Positions 9,237 to 18,228 of a stretch of 64,000 bases of DNA are shown here, in pieces. A program made the position numbers and the translations under genes. The notes beneath the pieces were generated by a model, which was given only the letters and a program-made list of their open reading frames with translations, did not search any database and had not been told where the DNA came from. Source of the stretch: Alphaproteobacteria bacterium (GTDB lineage Bacteria > Pseudomonadota > Alphaproteobacteria > UBA828); contig CAXXMU010000005.1 in NCBI GenBank assembly GCA_963667785.2, positions 384,001-448,000 on the forward strand, read 5' to 3'. The number at the start of each line of letters is the position of its first letter. Position 1 is the first letter of the stretch.

Positions 9237-10355
9237 TCAGGCGGCCAGCGCCCGCTCCGGCGCGAGATAGTCGTGGCCGAGGTCCAGCGCCACGGCCTCG
9301 TGGGTCACGCGGCCGCGGCAGACGTTGAGGCCCTGCATGAGGTGGGGATCGTCGCGCAGGGCCTGCTGCCAGCCGCGCCCCGCCAGCGCGAGCACGAAGG
9401 GCAGCGTCGCGTTGCTCAGCGCGAAGGTCGAGGTGCGGGCCACGGCCCCCGGCATGTTAGTGACGCAGTAGTGCAGGACGTTGTCCACCTTGTAGGTGGG
9501 GTCCGCATGGGTGGTCGGCCGGCTGGTCTCGAAGCAGCCCCCCTGGTCGATCGCAACGTCCACCACCACGGCGTTGCGGCGCATGCCCTCCAGCATGTCG
9601 CGGCGCACCAGCTTGGGCGCGGCGGCGCCGGCGACGAGCACGGCGCCGATCACCAGATCGGCCTCCGACACCGCCTCCTCGATGCCGTGGACGGTCGAGA
9701 AGAGGGTCGTCGCGCTGGCGCCGAAGATCTCGTCGAGCTGGCGCAGCCGCGGCAGCGAGCGATCGATGATCGTGACCTGCGCCCCCATGCCGACGGCCAT
9801 GCGCGCCGCATGGGTGCCCACCACGCCGCCACCGAGGATCACCACGTCCGCCGGCGGCACCCCGGGGACACCGCCGAGCAGGACGCCGCGGCCGCCCTGC
9901 TCCTTCTCCAGGCAATGGGCGCCGGCCTGGATCGACATGCGGCCCGCGACCTCGCTCATCGGCGCGAGCAGCGGCAGCCCGCCGCGCGCATCGGTCACGG
10001 TCTCGTAGGCGATGGCGATGCAGCCGGACTCGATCAGCTCGTTGGTCTGGGCGGCGTCGGCGGCGAGGTGGAGATAGGTGAACAGCACCTGGTCCGCCCG
10101 CAGCATGGCGCGCTCCGGCGCGAGCGGCTCCTTCACCTTCACGATCATCTCGGCGCTGCCGAAGATCTCCGCCGCATCGTCCGCCAGCACGGCGCCGGCC
10201 CGCTCGTAGTGCTCGTCGAGGAGCCCGATCTCGGTGCCCGCGTCCCTCTCGACCATGACCCGGTGGCCGTTCTGCACCAGCTCGCGCACCCCGCCGGGCG
10301 GAATGCCGACGCGGTACTCGTGGACCTTGGTCTCCTTGGGAACGCCGATGAGCAT
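9237..10355 (-). CDS. ald: Alanine dehydrogenase
   Basis: [44 protein letters not shown] and NMPGAV motifs. Confidence 0.95.
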   Translation of the reverse strand: MLIGVPKETKVHEYRVGIPPGGVRELVQNGHRVMVERDAGTEIGLLDEHYERAGAVLADDAAEIFGSAEMIVKVKEPLAPERAMLRADQVLFTYLHLAADAAQTNELIESGCIAIAYETVTDARGGLPLLAPMSEVAGRMSIQAGAHCLEKEQGGRGVLLGGVPGVPPADVVILGGGVVGTHAARMAVGMGAQVTIIDRSLPRLRQLDEIFGASATTLFSTVHGIEEAVSEADLVIGAVLVAGAAAPKLVRRDMLEGMRRNAVVVDVAIDQGGCFETSRPTTHADPTYKVDNVLHYCVTNMPGAVARTSTFALSNATLPFVLALAGRGWQQALRDDPHLMQGLNVCRGRVTHEAVALDLGHDYLAPERALAA

Positions 10356-10446
10356 GGCCGTTCTTTCCCTGATGATGGTGCTGCCGGCCGCTGCCAGCGA
10401 CTGGATCGAGGCCGGGGCCGGCCGCCGCGCCTGCCGCGGGCGGCGG

Positions 10447-11190
10447 TCAGTCGGCCGCGTCCGGCTGCAGGAGGTCCGCAGGCTCGCCCTCCCCCAGCCG
10501 GCCGGGCTCCGACGGGCCGGGATCGGCCGCAGCCGCCGTTGGATCTTCCGCGACCTCGGGCGGATCGTCCGCCGTCGCAGGCGGATCTACCGCCGGCGGC
10601 GAGGGCTCGGCCTCCGCGGCCGCGGCGGACGCCGCTCTCGCGGCCCGCTCGCTGCGCGCCGCCGCACGCTCGGCCCGCGCTCGCGCCTTGCGCACCGCAT
10701 CGAGGAGCTCCGCCTCGGTGCAGATGCCGAGCAGGATCGGGTCGTGCGGCGTGATGTTCGCCCTGTTCCAGTGGCTCCCGTCGCGCACCGCGTTGATGGT
10801 CGACTTGGTCGTGCCCAGCAGCTTGCCGATCTGCGCGTCGCTCAGCTCGTCATAGTTCTTGAGCAGCCAGGCGATGGCGTTGGGCCGGTCCTGGCGCTTG
10901 CTGACCGGCGTGTAGCGGGCGCGGCGGGTGCGCTGGGGGAGCTCTTCGGCCGGACCGGTGGCCTCGAGGCGCAGCGAGGTATCCTGCTCGCAGCGCGCGA
11001 CCTCCTCGCGGCTCAGCTGTCCGTTGGCGATCGGATCGAGGCCGCGGATGCCGACCGCGACCTCGCCGTCGGCGATGCCCTGCACCTCCAGCGGATGAAG
11101 GCCGCAAAACGCCGCGATCTGATCGAAGGTGAGCGTCGTGTTGTCGATCAGCCATACAGCCGTGGCCTTGGGCATCAGCAAGTCGGCCAT
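10447..11190 (-). CDS. trcR: DUF1013 / TrcR-family alphaproteobacterial transcription factor with acidic Pro/Ala-rich tail
   Basis: LMPKATAVWLIDNTTLTFDQIAAFCGLHPLEV and RYTPVSKRQDRP motifs. Confidence 0.85.
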   Translation of the reverse strand: MADLLMPKATAVWLIDNTTLTFDQIAAFCGLHPLEVQGIADGEVAVGIRGLDPIANGQLSREEVARCEQDTSLRLEATGPAEELPQRTRRARYTPVSKRQDRPNAIAWLLKNYDELSDAQIGKLLGTTKSTINAVRDGSHWNRANITPHDPILLGICTEAELLDAVRKARARAERAAARSERAARAASAAAAEAEPSPPAVDPPATADDPPEVAEDPTAAAADPGPSEPGRLGEGEPADLLQPDAAD

Positions 11191-11334
11191 CTTATGCGTT
11201 CCTTCTTCCGCTGCCCGCGGTCGTTCCCGCCGCGGGCGGCAGCAGCGCATGCCAGTGCGATTGAACCGGCCGGTATATCGCTTTGACGGGGGGAGCGCAA
11301 AGCCGGAAACGACGGAGACCGGCCGCCGCCGGTG

Positions 11335-12342
11335 CTAGCGGGGGCTGCGTTCCAGCAGGATCTTGCCGATGTGCGCGCCGTTCTCCATGCGCGCGTGCGC
11401 CGCCGCCGCCTGCTCGAGCGGGAGCCGGCAGTCGATGACGGGGCGGACCAGCCCCTGCCCCACCAGCGGCCAGACCGTTTCCTCCAGCGCCGCCCCGATG
11501 CGGGCCTTGCTGTCGATGCTCTGGGGCCTGAGCGTGGAGCCCACGATGGTCAGCCGCTTGCGCATGAGCGCGAAAACGTCGATCTGGGATTTCGACGCCT
11601 CCTGCACGGCGATCTGCGCCAGCCGCCCTTCCGGCCGCAGCGCCGCGATGTTGCGCTGCAGGTAGCTGCCGCCGACCATGTCGAGCACCACGTCGACGCC
11701 CTCTCCGCCCGTGAGCGCCTTCACCGCGGCGACGAAGTCCTCGCTCCGGTAGTCGATCGCCTTCTCCGCGCCGAGCCCCTCGCAGGCGGCGCACTTCTCG
11801 GCCGAGCCGGCGGTCGCGAAGACGCGGACGCCCAGAGCAGACGCGATCTGGATCGCGGTCGTGCCGATGCCGCTGCTGCCGCCATGGACGAGCAGCCGCT
11901 CGCCGGCGCGCAGCCGGGCGCGCTCGAAGAGATTGGTCCACACCGTGAAGCAGGTCTCGGGAAGGCCGGCCGCGTCCACCAGCGAGAGCGGCGCCGGCAC
12001 GGGCAGCGTCTGGCCTTCCGGGGCGACGCAGTATTCGGCGTAGCCGCCGCCGTGGGTGAGCGCGCAGACGGCGTCGCCCGCTTCGTAGCGGTGCGCGCCG
12101 GACCCGCTCGCCACCACGGTCCCCGAGACCTCGAGCCCCGGAATGTCGGAGGCGCCGGGCGGCGGCGGATAGAGGCCTTCGCGCTGCATCGTGTCCGGCC
12201 GGTTGACGCCGGACGCGGCGACCTCGATCAGCACCTCGCCGAGCCCCGGTGCGCACACCGGGCGACGGGCCGGGCGCAGGACCTCGGGCCCGCCGGGCTC
12301 CGCGATCTCGATGACGGTCATGTCTGCCGGCAGCGTCGTCAT
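11335..12342 (-). CDS. NAD(P)H-quinone oxidoreductase, PIG3 family
   Basis: GVNRPD, PGLEVSG, HGGSSGIG, GSTLRPQ and HIGKI motifs. Confidence 0.9.
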   Translation of the reverse strand: MTTLPADMTVIEIAEPGGPEVLRPARRPVCAPGLGEVLIEVAASGVNRPDTMQREGLYPPPPGASDIPGLEVSGTVVASGSGAHRYEAGDAVCALTHGGGYAEYCVAPEGQTLPVPAPLSLVDAAGLPETCFTVWTNLFERARLRAGERLLVHGGSSGIGTTAIQIASALGVRVFATAGSAEKCAACEGLGAEKAIDYRSEDFVAAVKALTGGEGVDVVLDMVGGSYLQRNIAALRPEGRLAQIAVQEASKSQIDVFALMRKRLTIVGSTLRPQSIDSKARIGAALEETVWPLVGQGLVRPVIDCRLPLEQAAAAHARMENGAHIGKILLERSPR

Positions 12343-12409
12343 GATGCCTCCAATCGATTTGCGCCCGCGACTATACTCAAGCCGGCCCGGCCGGCGCAGG
12401 AGAAACGGG

Positions 12410-12595
12410 ATGGACGAGGACGAGGTTCGCATCCCGCGAGAGCGGGAGTGGTCTCCGCGGGTGCTCGACGACATGTCAGTCGAGGCGCTGCACGCCTATG
12501 CCGGCCAGCTCGAGGGGGAGCTCGCGCGGGTGAAGGGCGCGCTCGCGGCGAAGACGGACTACCTGAGCAAGGCGGATTCGCTCTTCAAGAGCTAG
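12410..12595 (+). CDS. DUF1192 small coiled-coil protein
   Basis: LDDMSVEALHAY..LEGELARV..KADSLFKS; AGGAG RBS; lies beside QOR and DUF1013 genes. Confidence 0.8.
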   Translation: MDEDEVRIPREREWSPRVLDDMSVEALHAYAGQLEGELARVKGALAAKTDYLSKADSLFKS

Positions 12596-12769
12596 AGCGC
12601 GTCCGACTTTAGCGGACGCGCGCAGGCCGCGGCTGCGGCCCGCCGCTTATGCGGCGCACCCGCGCAGGCGCCGGCCGTCGCGCCGATAGGCGCGCGGAAT
12701 CGCTCGACGGCCGGCTGCCGTGAGCGACAAAGTGCTAGAGCGTTTCCGTGTAAGACGGAAATGCTCTAG
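12592..12769 (+). repeat. Dispersed structured intergenic repeat, copy 2, bounded by CTAGAGC...GCTCTAG inverted ends
   Basis: Core motifs at 12641-12657 and 12709-12727; terminal hairpin CTAGAGCGTTTCCG-TGTAAGA-CGGAAATGCTCTAG at 12735-12769. Confidence 0.85.
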
Positions 12770-13473
12770 TCCCGCTCCAGCAGGGCGCCGATGGCGGCAA
12801 GCCCGATGGGCGCGCCGTCATGCTCGGCCATCGCGTCGAGCAGCGCACCCCAGAGATAGACCGCCGACGCGCTGTCGGCGAGCAGGTCGAAGGCCGGCAC
12901 CGCGCCGATATCGCCCCGGATCACGATGGCGTTGAGGCGGGCGACGTTGGTCTGGGCGATGGCGTCCGCCGCGAAGGAGCCGGGCCTGAGGTCCACGGCG
13001 CAGACCTTGGCGAGCATCCCGACCGCGTGCGCGCCGGTGAGCAGCAGCCAGCAGCTCGTCTCCTGCCTGGCGACGTGGAAGCAGCCGTCCGCCTCCGCCA
13101 TGCTCCAGGCTTGGCGCAGGCTCTCGATCAGCGGTCCGCGACCGGTGCGGTCGGCGAGCACGAGCGCCTCGCCCGGCGCGAGCCTGGCGATGCGGGTGCC
13201 GTCGGCCTGGGGGTAGGCCCGGTTGCTCGCCTCGCCCATCTCGGCACCCGCCTGCGCAAGCCAGGGGCCGGCATTCCAGCCCTTGAAGCCGACCCTGGGC
13301 AGCGGCGTGAGGTCGGCGAGGCCGAGCGCCTCCGCCCGGGCCGCCTCGTCGGCCGCATCGCCCCCGAAGTCGCGCGCCACGGCGTAGTCGCCCAGCGCAT
13401 CGAAGCGCGCGCCGTCTTCCGCGAGCTCGCGGTAGAGGGGCGAGCGGCGGGTCTGCTCCGCGGGCGCCGTCAC
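12766..13473 (-). CDS. Sarcosine oxidase gamma-like / N-methylglutamate dehydrogenase subunit D
   Basis: RRSPLY, LADLTPLPRVGFKG and KVCAVDL motifs; last gene of a beta-delta-alpha-gamma operon. Confidence 0.8.
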   Translation of the reverse strand: MTAPAEQTRRSPLYRELAEDGARFDALGDYAVARDFGGDAADEAARAEALGLADLTPLPRVGFKGWNAGPWLAQAGAEMGEASNRAYPQADGTRIARLAPGEALVLADRTGRGPLIESLRQAWSMAEADGCFHVARQETSCWLLLTGAHAVGMLAKVCAVDLRPGSFAADAIAQTNVARLNAIVIRGDIGAVPAFDLLADSASAVYLWGALLDAMAEHDGAPIGLAAIGALLERD

Positions 13474-13475
13474 GC

Positions 13476-16388
13476 TCAGAGCTCCTGCCGCGCGCCGTCG
13501 GGGTCGAAGAAGGGCAGCTTCGCCACCGTGGCACTCACCATGCGCCCGCCGTCCACCCTGATCTCGATCCGGGCGCCGGGCTCACCCTGGTCCGGCGCGA
13601 CGTAGGCGAGGCCGATGATCCTGTCGAGGTTGGGCGAATAGGCGACCGAGGTGACCCGCCCGGTGATCTCGCCCTCGCGGATCACGAGGTGGCACTCCTT
13701 CGGCTGCTCGACGCCGACGCCCGGCATCTCGAACCCCACCAGCTTGCGGGTGAGTCCCTTCTCCGCCTGCATCCGCACCGAGCGGATGCCGACGTGGAAC
13801 GGCTTCTTCTTGGCGAGCGCCCAGGCCATGTCGGCCTCGTGCGGGGTGGTGAGGCCGTCGGTGTCCTGGCCGATGATGATGTGGCCCTTCTCGAGCCGGA
13901 GCAGGCGCTGCGCCTCGACGCCGAAGGGCCGGATGCCGTGCGCCCTGCCGGCGTCCAGCAGCGCGTCCCACAGCGCCTCGCCCTGGCTCGCCGGCACGTG
14001 CAGCTCGTAGCCGAGCTCGCCGACGAAGCCGACACGGAGGAAGAGCGCCGGGATGCCGGCGACATGGCCCTCGCGCACGCCCATGTAGGGGAAGCCCCCG
14101 GGCGAGATGTCCACGTCGTCGCAGAGGGTCTCCAGCACCGCGCGGCAGTTGGGGCCGGCGATGTTGACGCCGGCGAGCGCGGCGGTGACGTTGCTCACGT
14201 CCACCTTCAGCCGCCACTGGGCGTTGTACCAGAGCATCTCGCGGTAGACGTTGTCGACGCCGGAGGTCGTCGCCGTGACGTAGAAGTGGTCCTCGTGCAT
14301 CCGGCAGGCGACGCCGTCGTCCACTACGACGCCGCCGAGGTCGGTCATCAGCACGTAGCGCGAGCGGCCCACCGGCTGCTTCAGATAGGCGAAGGTGTAC
14401 ATGCGGTTCATGAACTCGGCCGCATCGGGCCCGCGCACGTCGAGCCCGCCGAGGGTGGAGACGTCGATGATGCCCACGTTGTCGCGGACGTTCTTCGCCT
14501 CCTCGCGGATCAGCGCCTGCCGCCGCGCGGGCTCGCCGTAGTACTCCGGCCGGAGCCAGAGGCCCGCCGGCATCATGGTGGCGCCGGCCTCGAGATGGCG
14601 GAAGTGCATCGCCGTGTAGCGCACCGGCTCGAAGCTGCGGCCGGCGAGGTGGCCCATGGTGACCGGCACGATGGGCTGGCGCACCGTGGTGGCGCCGGTC
14701 TCGTCGACGCTCCGCGCCGTCGCCCGCGCCAGCACGCGCACCGCGTTGAGCGACGAGTGCCGGCCCTGAGAGGGCCCCATGCCGTTGGTGGTGAAGCGCT
14801 TGAGCAGCTCGACGTGGTCGTAGCCTTCGGCGATCGCGTCCTCGAGGTCGTGCACCTGCACGTCCTCGTCGAAGTCGACGAAGGCCTTGTGGTCGGGATG
14901 CGGGAAGATCGGCCATACGCCCTTGGCAGTCGCCGGCGCATCGCCATCGGGGGCGGCGGCGGGCTCGGGCCCGGCGTCGAGGCCGGCATGAGCCGCCGCC
15001 TGCCAGCCGGCGCGGCGCCCGTCGGCGATCACCCCGTCGAGGCCAGCCGCGCCCGCCACCCCGCCAGCGGCGAAGACACCGGCGGGCAGCGCGTCGATCC
15101 GCGTCGTCTGGCGCCGGCTGTCGTAGGCGATGGCGGCGCCCGCCTGGCGCAGCAGCGCGGCCGCCGGCGCCTGGCCGCCGGAGACGACGAGGAGATCGCA
15201 GGTGAAGCTGTCGACGGTAGGGGCACAGACGCCGTCCTCCACGATCTTGGCCACCCGCACGCGGGCGATGCCGGGGCCCTTGCGCTGGGGCACGGCCTCC
15301 CAGGGTGCTGCGCCCGCGTGGACCGGCACCCGGCGGGCGGCGAGCGCGTCGCCGACGCCGCTGCGGGGCGCGTCCGTGCGCAGGTCCACCACCGCCGCCA
15401 CCTCGACGCCGGCGTCCAGCAGGTCCAGCGCGGCGCCATAGCCGTCGTCGCTCGCCGTCGCCACCACCGCGCGGCGCCCGGGCCTGACGCCGTAGAGCTT
15501 GATGAGGCGCTGGGCGGCCGAGGCCAGCATGACGCCGGGCAGGTCGTTGTTGCGAAAGACCAGCGGCTGCTCGAGGCAGCCGGTCGCGACCACCAGCGCC
15601 TTGGCCCTGAGCTTGTAGAGCCGGTTGCCGCGCACGAGCGGCAGCCAGTTGTCGGCGTACCAGCCGAGGCAGGCGGTCTCGGTCATCACCGAGATGCGAT
15701 CGTCCGCCTCGACCTCGCCCGCCAGCGCGGTGCGCGCGTCCGCCGTGCGGACCCCGCCCGCGTCGAAACGGCCGTGGAGAAGGGCGCCGCCGAGGGCCGC
15801 GTTCTCGTCCGCGAGCACGACCTCTGCACCGGCGGCAGCCGCCTGCGATGCCGCCGCGAGCCCTGCCGCGCCGCCGCCAACCACCAGCACGTCGCAGAAG
15901 AGATACTGCTTGTCGAAATAGCCGTGCGGCGCGGCCGTATCGACGCTGCCGAGCCCGGCGATGCGGCGGATCATCCGGGCCCAGAGCGGCCAGGTCCAGC
16001 GCGGCTTGTAGAACGCCTTGTAGTAGAAGCCCGCCGGGAAGAAGCGGTGCAGCAGGCCGAACACCGCCATCCGGTCGTGCCTGAGCGTCCCCCAGTAGTT
16101 CTGGCCCGTGACCTCGAGACCGGCGGCGAGCGGCTCGCGATCGGCGAGGCGGTTGGGCGCCGGGCCCACCTGGACCAGGGTGTTCGCATCGAGGCCCGAG
16201 AGCGAATGGATGCCGCGCGCACGGTGATACTTGAAGGAGCGCGAGAGCACCGTCACGTCGTTCGCGGCCAGCGCGCTCGCCACCGTGTCGCCGCGAAAGC
16301 CCTGGTAGCGCCTGCCCTCGAAGCTGAAGGCGACGGTCTCGGAACGGTCGAGGAGGAGGCCGGCGGGCTCCGGCAGGCGCTCCATCAT
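13476..16388 (-). CDS. Sarcosine oxidase alpha-like / N-methylglutamate dehydrogenase subunit C
   Basis: GDTVASALAA..SRSFKYHR, VVGGGAAG, KRFTTNGMGPSQG; GcvT-like C-terminal half (DVSTLG, GELGYE, LRLEKGH). Confidence 0.9.
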   Translation of the reverse strand: MMERLPEPAGLLLDRSETVAFSFEGRRYQGFRGDTVASALAANDVTVLSRSFKYHRARGIHSLSGLDANTLVQVGPAPNRLADREPLAAGLEVTGQNYWGTLRHDRMAVFGLLHRFFPAGFYYKAFYKPRWTWPLWARMIRRIAGLGSVDTAAPHGYFDKQYLFCDVLVVGGGAAGLAAASQAAAAGAEVVLADENAALGGALLHGRFDAGGVRTADARTALAGEVEADDRISVMTETACLGWYADNWLPLVRGNRLYKLRAKALVVATGCLEQPLVFRNNDLPGVMLASAAQRLIKLYGVRPGRRAVVATASDDGYGAALDLLDAGVEVAAVVDLRTDAPRSGVGDALAARRVPVHAGAAPWEAVPQRKGPGIARVRVAKIVEDGVCAPTVDSFTCDLLVVSGGQAPAAALLRQAGAAIAYDSRRQTTRIDALPAGVFAAGGVAGAAGLDGVIADGRRAGWQAAAHAGLDAGPEPAAAPDGDAPATAKGVWPIFPHPDHKAFVDFDEDVQVHDLEDAIAEGYDHVELLKRFTTNGMGPSQGRHSSLNAVRVLARATARSVDETGATTVRQPIVPVTMGHLAGRSFEPVRYTAMHFRHLEAGATMMPAGLWLRPEYYGEPARRQALIREEAKNVRDNVGIIDVSTLGGLDVRGPDAAEFMNRMYTFAYLKQPVGRSRYVLMTDLGGVVVDDGVACRMHEDHFYVTATTSGVDNVYREMLWYNAQWRLKVDVSNVTAALAGVNIAGPNCRAVLETLCDDVDISPGGFPYMGVREGHVAGIPALFLRVGFVGELGYELHVPASQGEALWDALLDAGRAHGIRPFGVEAQRLLRLEKGHIIIGQDTDGLTTPHEADMAWALAKKKPFHVGIRSVRMQAEKGLTRKLVGFEMPGVGVEQPKECHLVIREGEITGRVTSVAYSPNLDRIIGLAYVAPDQGEPGARIEIRVDGGRMVSATVAKLPFFDPDGARQEL

Positions 16389-16858
16389 CCGCCCGTCTCC
16401 TTCGGCGCGGGCGGCGGCGTGTCGTCGGCAGGCGCATCCGCTGCGGCCTCGGCCGGGGCAGGATCGGCGGGCGCGGAAGCCTCGGCCGCTGCGCCTGCGG
16501 CGTTCTCCGCCGGCGTCTCCTGGGGCGTCTCGGCGGGAGCGGGCGGCGCGGGCGCCTGTGGCGGCGGGGACGGCTCAAGCGGGGCGAAGTCGACACGCTC
16601 GGAAAAGACCCTGTCGGCCGGGTATGTTGCGAGGATCTCGTCGGTCACCGTGTTGCGCTCGGCGATGAACCAGTAGGAGGTGGCGGCGTGGCACCACCAT
16701 TCGCGGACGACGCCCGCCAGGTTCTCCTCCAGCCAGACGAACTCGGCCCACTCCTCGTTCGAGCAGCGGTTGGGGTCCGGGTGCGGCTCCACCGGGCCGG
16801 CGCAGATGAACTCCTGGATGTTGCGCGGCCCGTTGAGCGGGCAGGGCATGATCTTCAT
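16385..16858 (-). CDS. Sarcosine oxidase delta-like / N-methylglutamate dehydrogenase subunit B, with ~65-aa Pro/Ala/Glu tail
   Basis: CPLNGPRNIQEF and EWWCH..WFIAERNTVTDEI motifs; 4-bp overlap with the alpha gene. Confidence 0.85.
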   Translation of the reverse strand: MKIMPCPLNGPRNIQEFICAGPVEPHPDPNRCSNEEWAEFVWLEENLAGVVREWWCHAATSYWFIAERNTVTDEILATYPADRVFSERVDFAPLEPSPPPQAPAPPAPAETPQETPAENAAGAAAEASAPADPAPAEAAADAPADDTPPPAPKETGG

Positions 16859-16877
16859 CGCCGCGCGCCCCCTCGCC

Positions 16878-18119
16878 CTAGTGCCCGACCGAGGCCGCGC
16901 CCTTCTCGCCCATCAGCGAGAAGTCGCGGAAGCGGTCGAGGTGGAAGGACTGGATCAGCGTGGGCACGCGCCCGGTGGCGATCAGCTCGGCCATGCGATT
17001 GCCGCAGACCGGCGTGGCCTTGAAGCCCCAGGTGCCCCAGCCGGAATCGATGTAGTAGTTCTCCACCGGGGTCAGCCCCATGACCGGCGCGAAGTCGGGC
17101 GTCATGTCGGTCATGCCGGCCCACTGCCTGAGCACCGGGACGTCGGACATGAAGGGGAAGAGCTCCAGGATGTGCGCCATCAGACCCTCCATGAAGTCGA
17201 GGGTCGACGAGGTCTGGTAGCGCGGGTAGGGGTCGGTCGCGCCCCCCATCACGAGCTCGCCCCGGTCGGACTGCGAGATGTACACGTGCAGGCTGCCCGA
17301 GACGATGATCGGGTCGAGGAAGGGCTTGAGCGGCAGCGAGACGCAGGCCTGCAGCGGCACGGTGCGGATCGGCAGCGTGAAGCCCGCGAGGCGGGCGACC
17401 TGGCCGCTGAGACCCGCCACCGCCTGCATCGCCTTGCCGCAGGCGACCGGCCCCCGCGTGGTCTCGAGGCCGGTGACGCGCCCGTTCTCCACGGCGATGC
17501 CCGTCACCTCGGTTTCGGTGTGGATCTCGACGCCGAGCTCCTGGGCGCGGCCGGCGTAGGCCCAGGCGACCGCATCGTGGCGGGCGAGCGCGCCGGGCGG
17601 ATGATAGAGCGCGCCGAGGACCGGGTGGCGGACCTCGTCCGACATGTTCAGCAGCGGCACCAGGCGGGCAAGCTCCTCGCGCCCCACCACCTCGGAATCG
17701 ACGCCGAGATGCTTGTTGACCTCGGCCCGCCAGCGCGAGGTGCGCATGGCCGCGTCGGAATGCGCGAGGGTGAAGTGCCCGCGTTCCGAATAGAGGATGT
17801 TGAAGTCGAGCTCCTCGCTGAGGCCGCGGTAGAGCCGCATCGACTCCTCGTAGAAGGCGACCCCTTCCGGCGTCAGGTAGTTGGAGCGGATGATGGCCGT
17901 GTTGCGGCCGGTGTTGCCACCGCCGAGCCAGCCCTTGTCGAACACGGCGACGTTGCGCACGCCGTGCTTCGCGGCGAGGTAGTAGGCGGTGGCGAGCCCG
18001 TGGCCGCCGCCGCCGATGATCGCCACGTCGTAGCTCGGCCGGAGCTCCGGCCGGGCGCTGAGGAAACGCTTCACCGGCCGGCGCCGGGAGAGGCCGTACT
18101 TCAGGAGGCCGAACGCCAT
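16878..18119 (-). CDS. Sarcosine oxidase beta-like / N-methylglutamate dehydrogenase subunit A (FAD)
   Basis: IIGGGGHGLATAYYLA, GNTGRNTAIIRSNY, ARHDAVAW, GWGTWGFKATP; ends EKGAASVGH. Confidence 0.9.
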   Translation of the reverse strand: MAFGLLKYGLSRRRPVKRFLSARPELRPSYDVAIIGGGGHGLATAYYLAAKHGVRNVAVFDKGWLGGGNTGRNTAIIRSNYLTPEGVAFYEESMRLYRGLSEELDFNILYSERGHFTLAHSDAAMRTSRWRAEVNKHLGVDSEVVGREELARLVPLLNMSDEVRHPVLGALYHPPGALARHDAVAWAYAGRAQELGVEIHTETEVTGIAVENGRVTGLETTRGPVACGKAMQAVAGLSGQVARLAGFTLPIRTVPLQACVSLPLKPFLDPIIVSGSLHVYISQSDRGELVMGGATDPYPRYQTSSTLDFMEGLMAHILELFPFMSDVPVLRQWAGMTDMTPDFAPVMGLTPVENYYIDSGWGTWGFKATPVCGNRMAELIATGRVPTLIQSFHLDRFRDFSLMGEKGAASVGH

Positions 18120-18194
18120 CGTTCGTCGTCGTCGCTCAGATGCTGGCGGTTGATAGGCTCTTATGCGTGGCGCGGCAAGGCGTTGTCGATGACT

Positions 18195-18228
18195 TTATTG
18201 GCCCGACCGCTTCATTGGCCCGACCGCT
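18195..18228 (-). repeat. 17-bp tandem duplication of the DMT gene 3' end
   Basis: Minus strand AGCGGTCGGGCCAATGA followed by AGCGGTCGGGCCAATAA. Confidence 0.85.
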
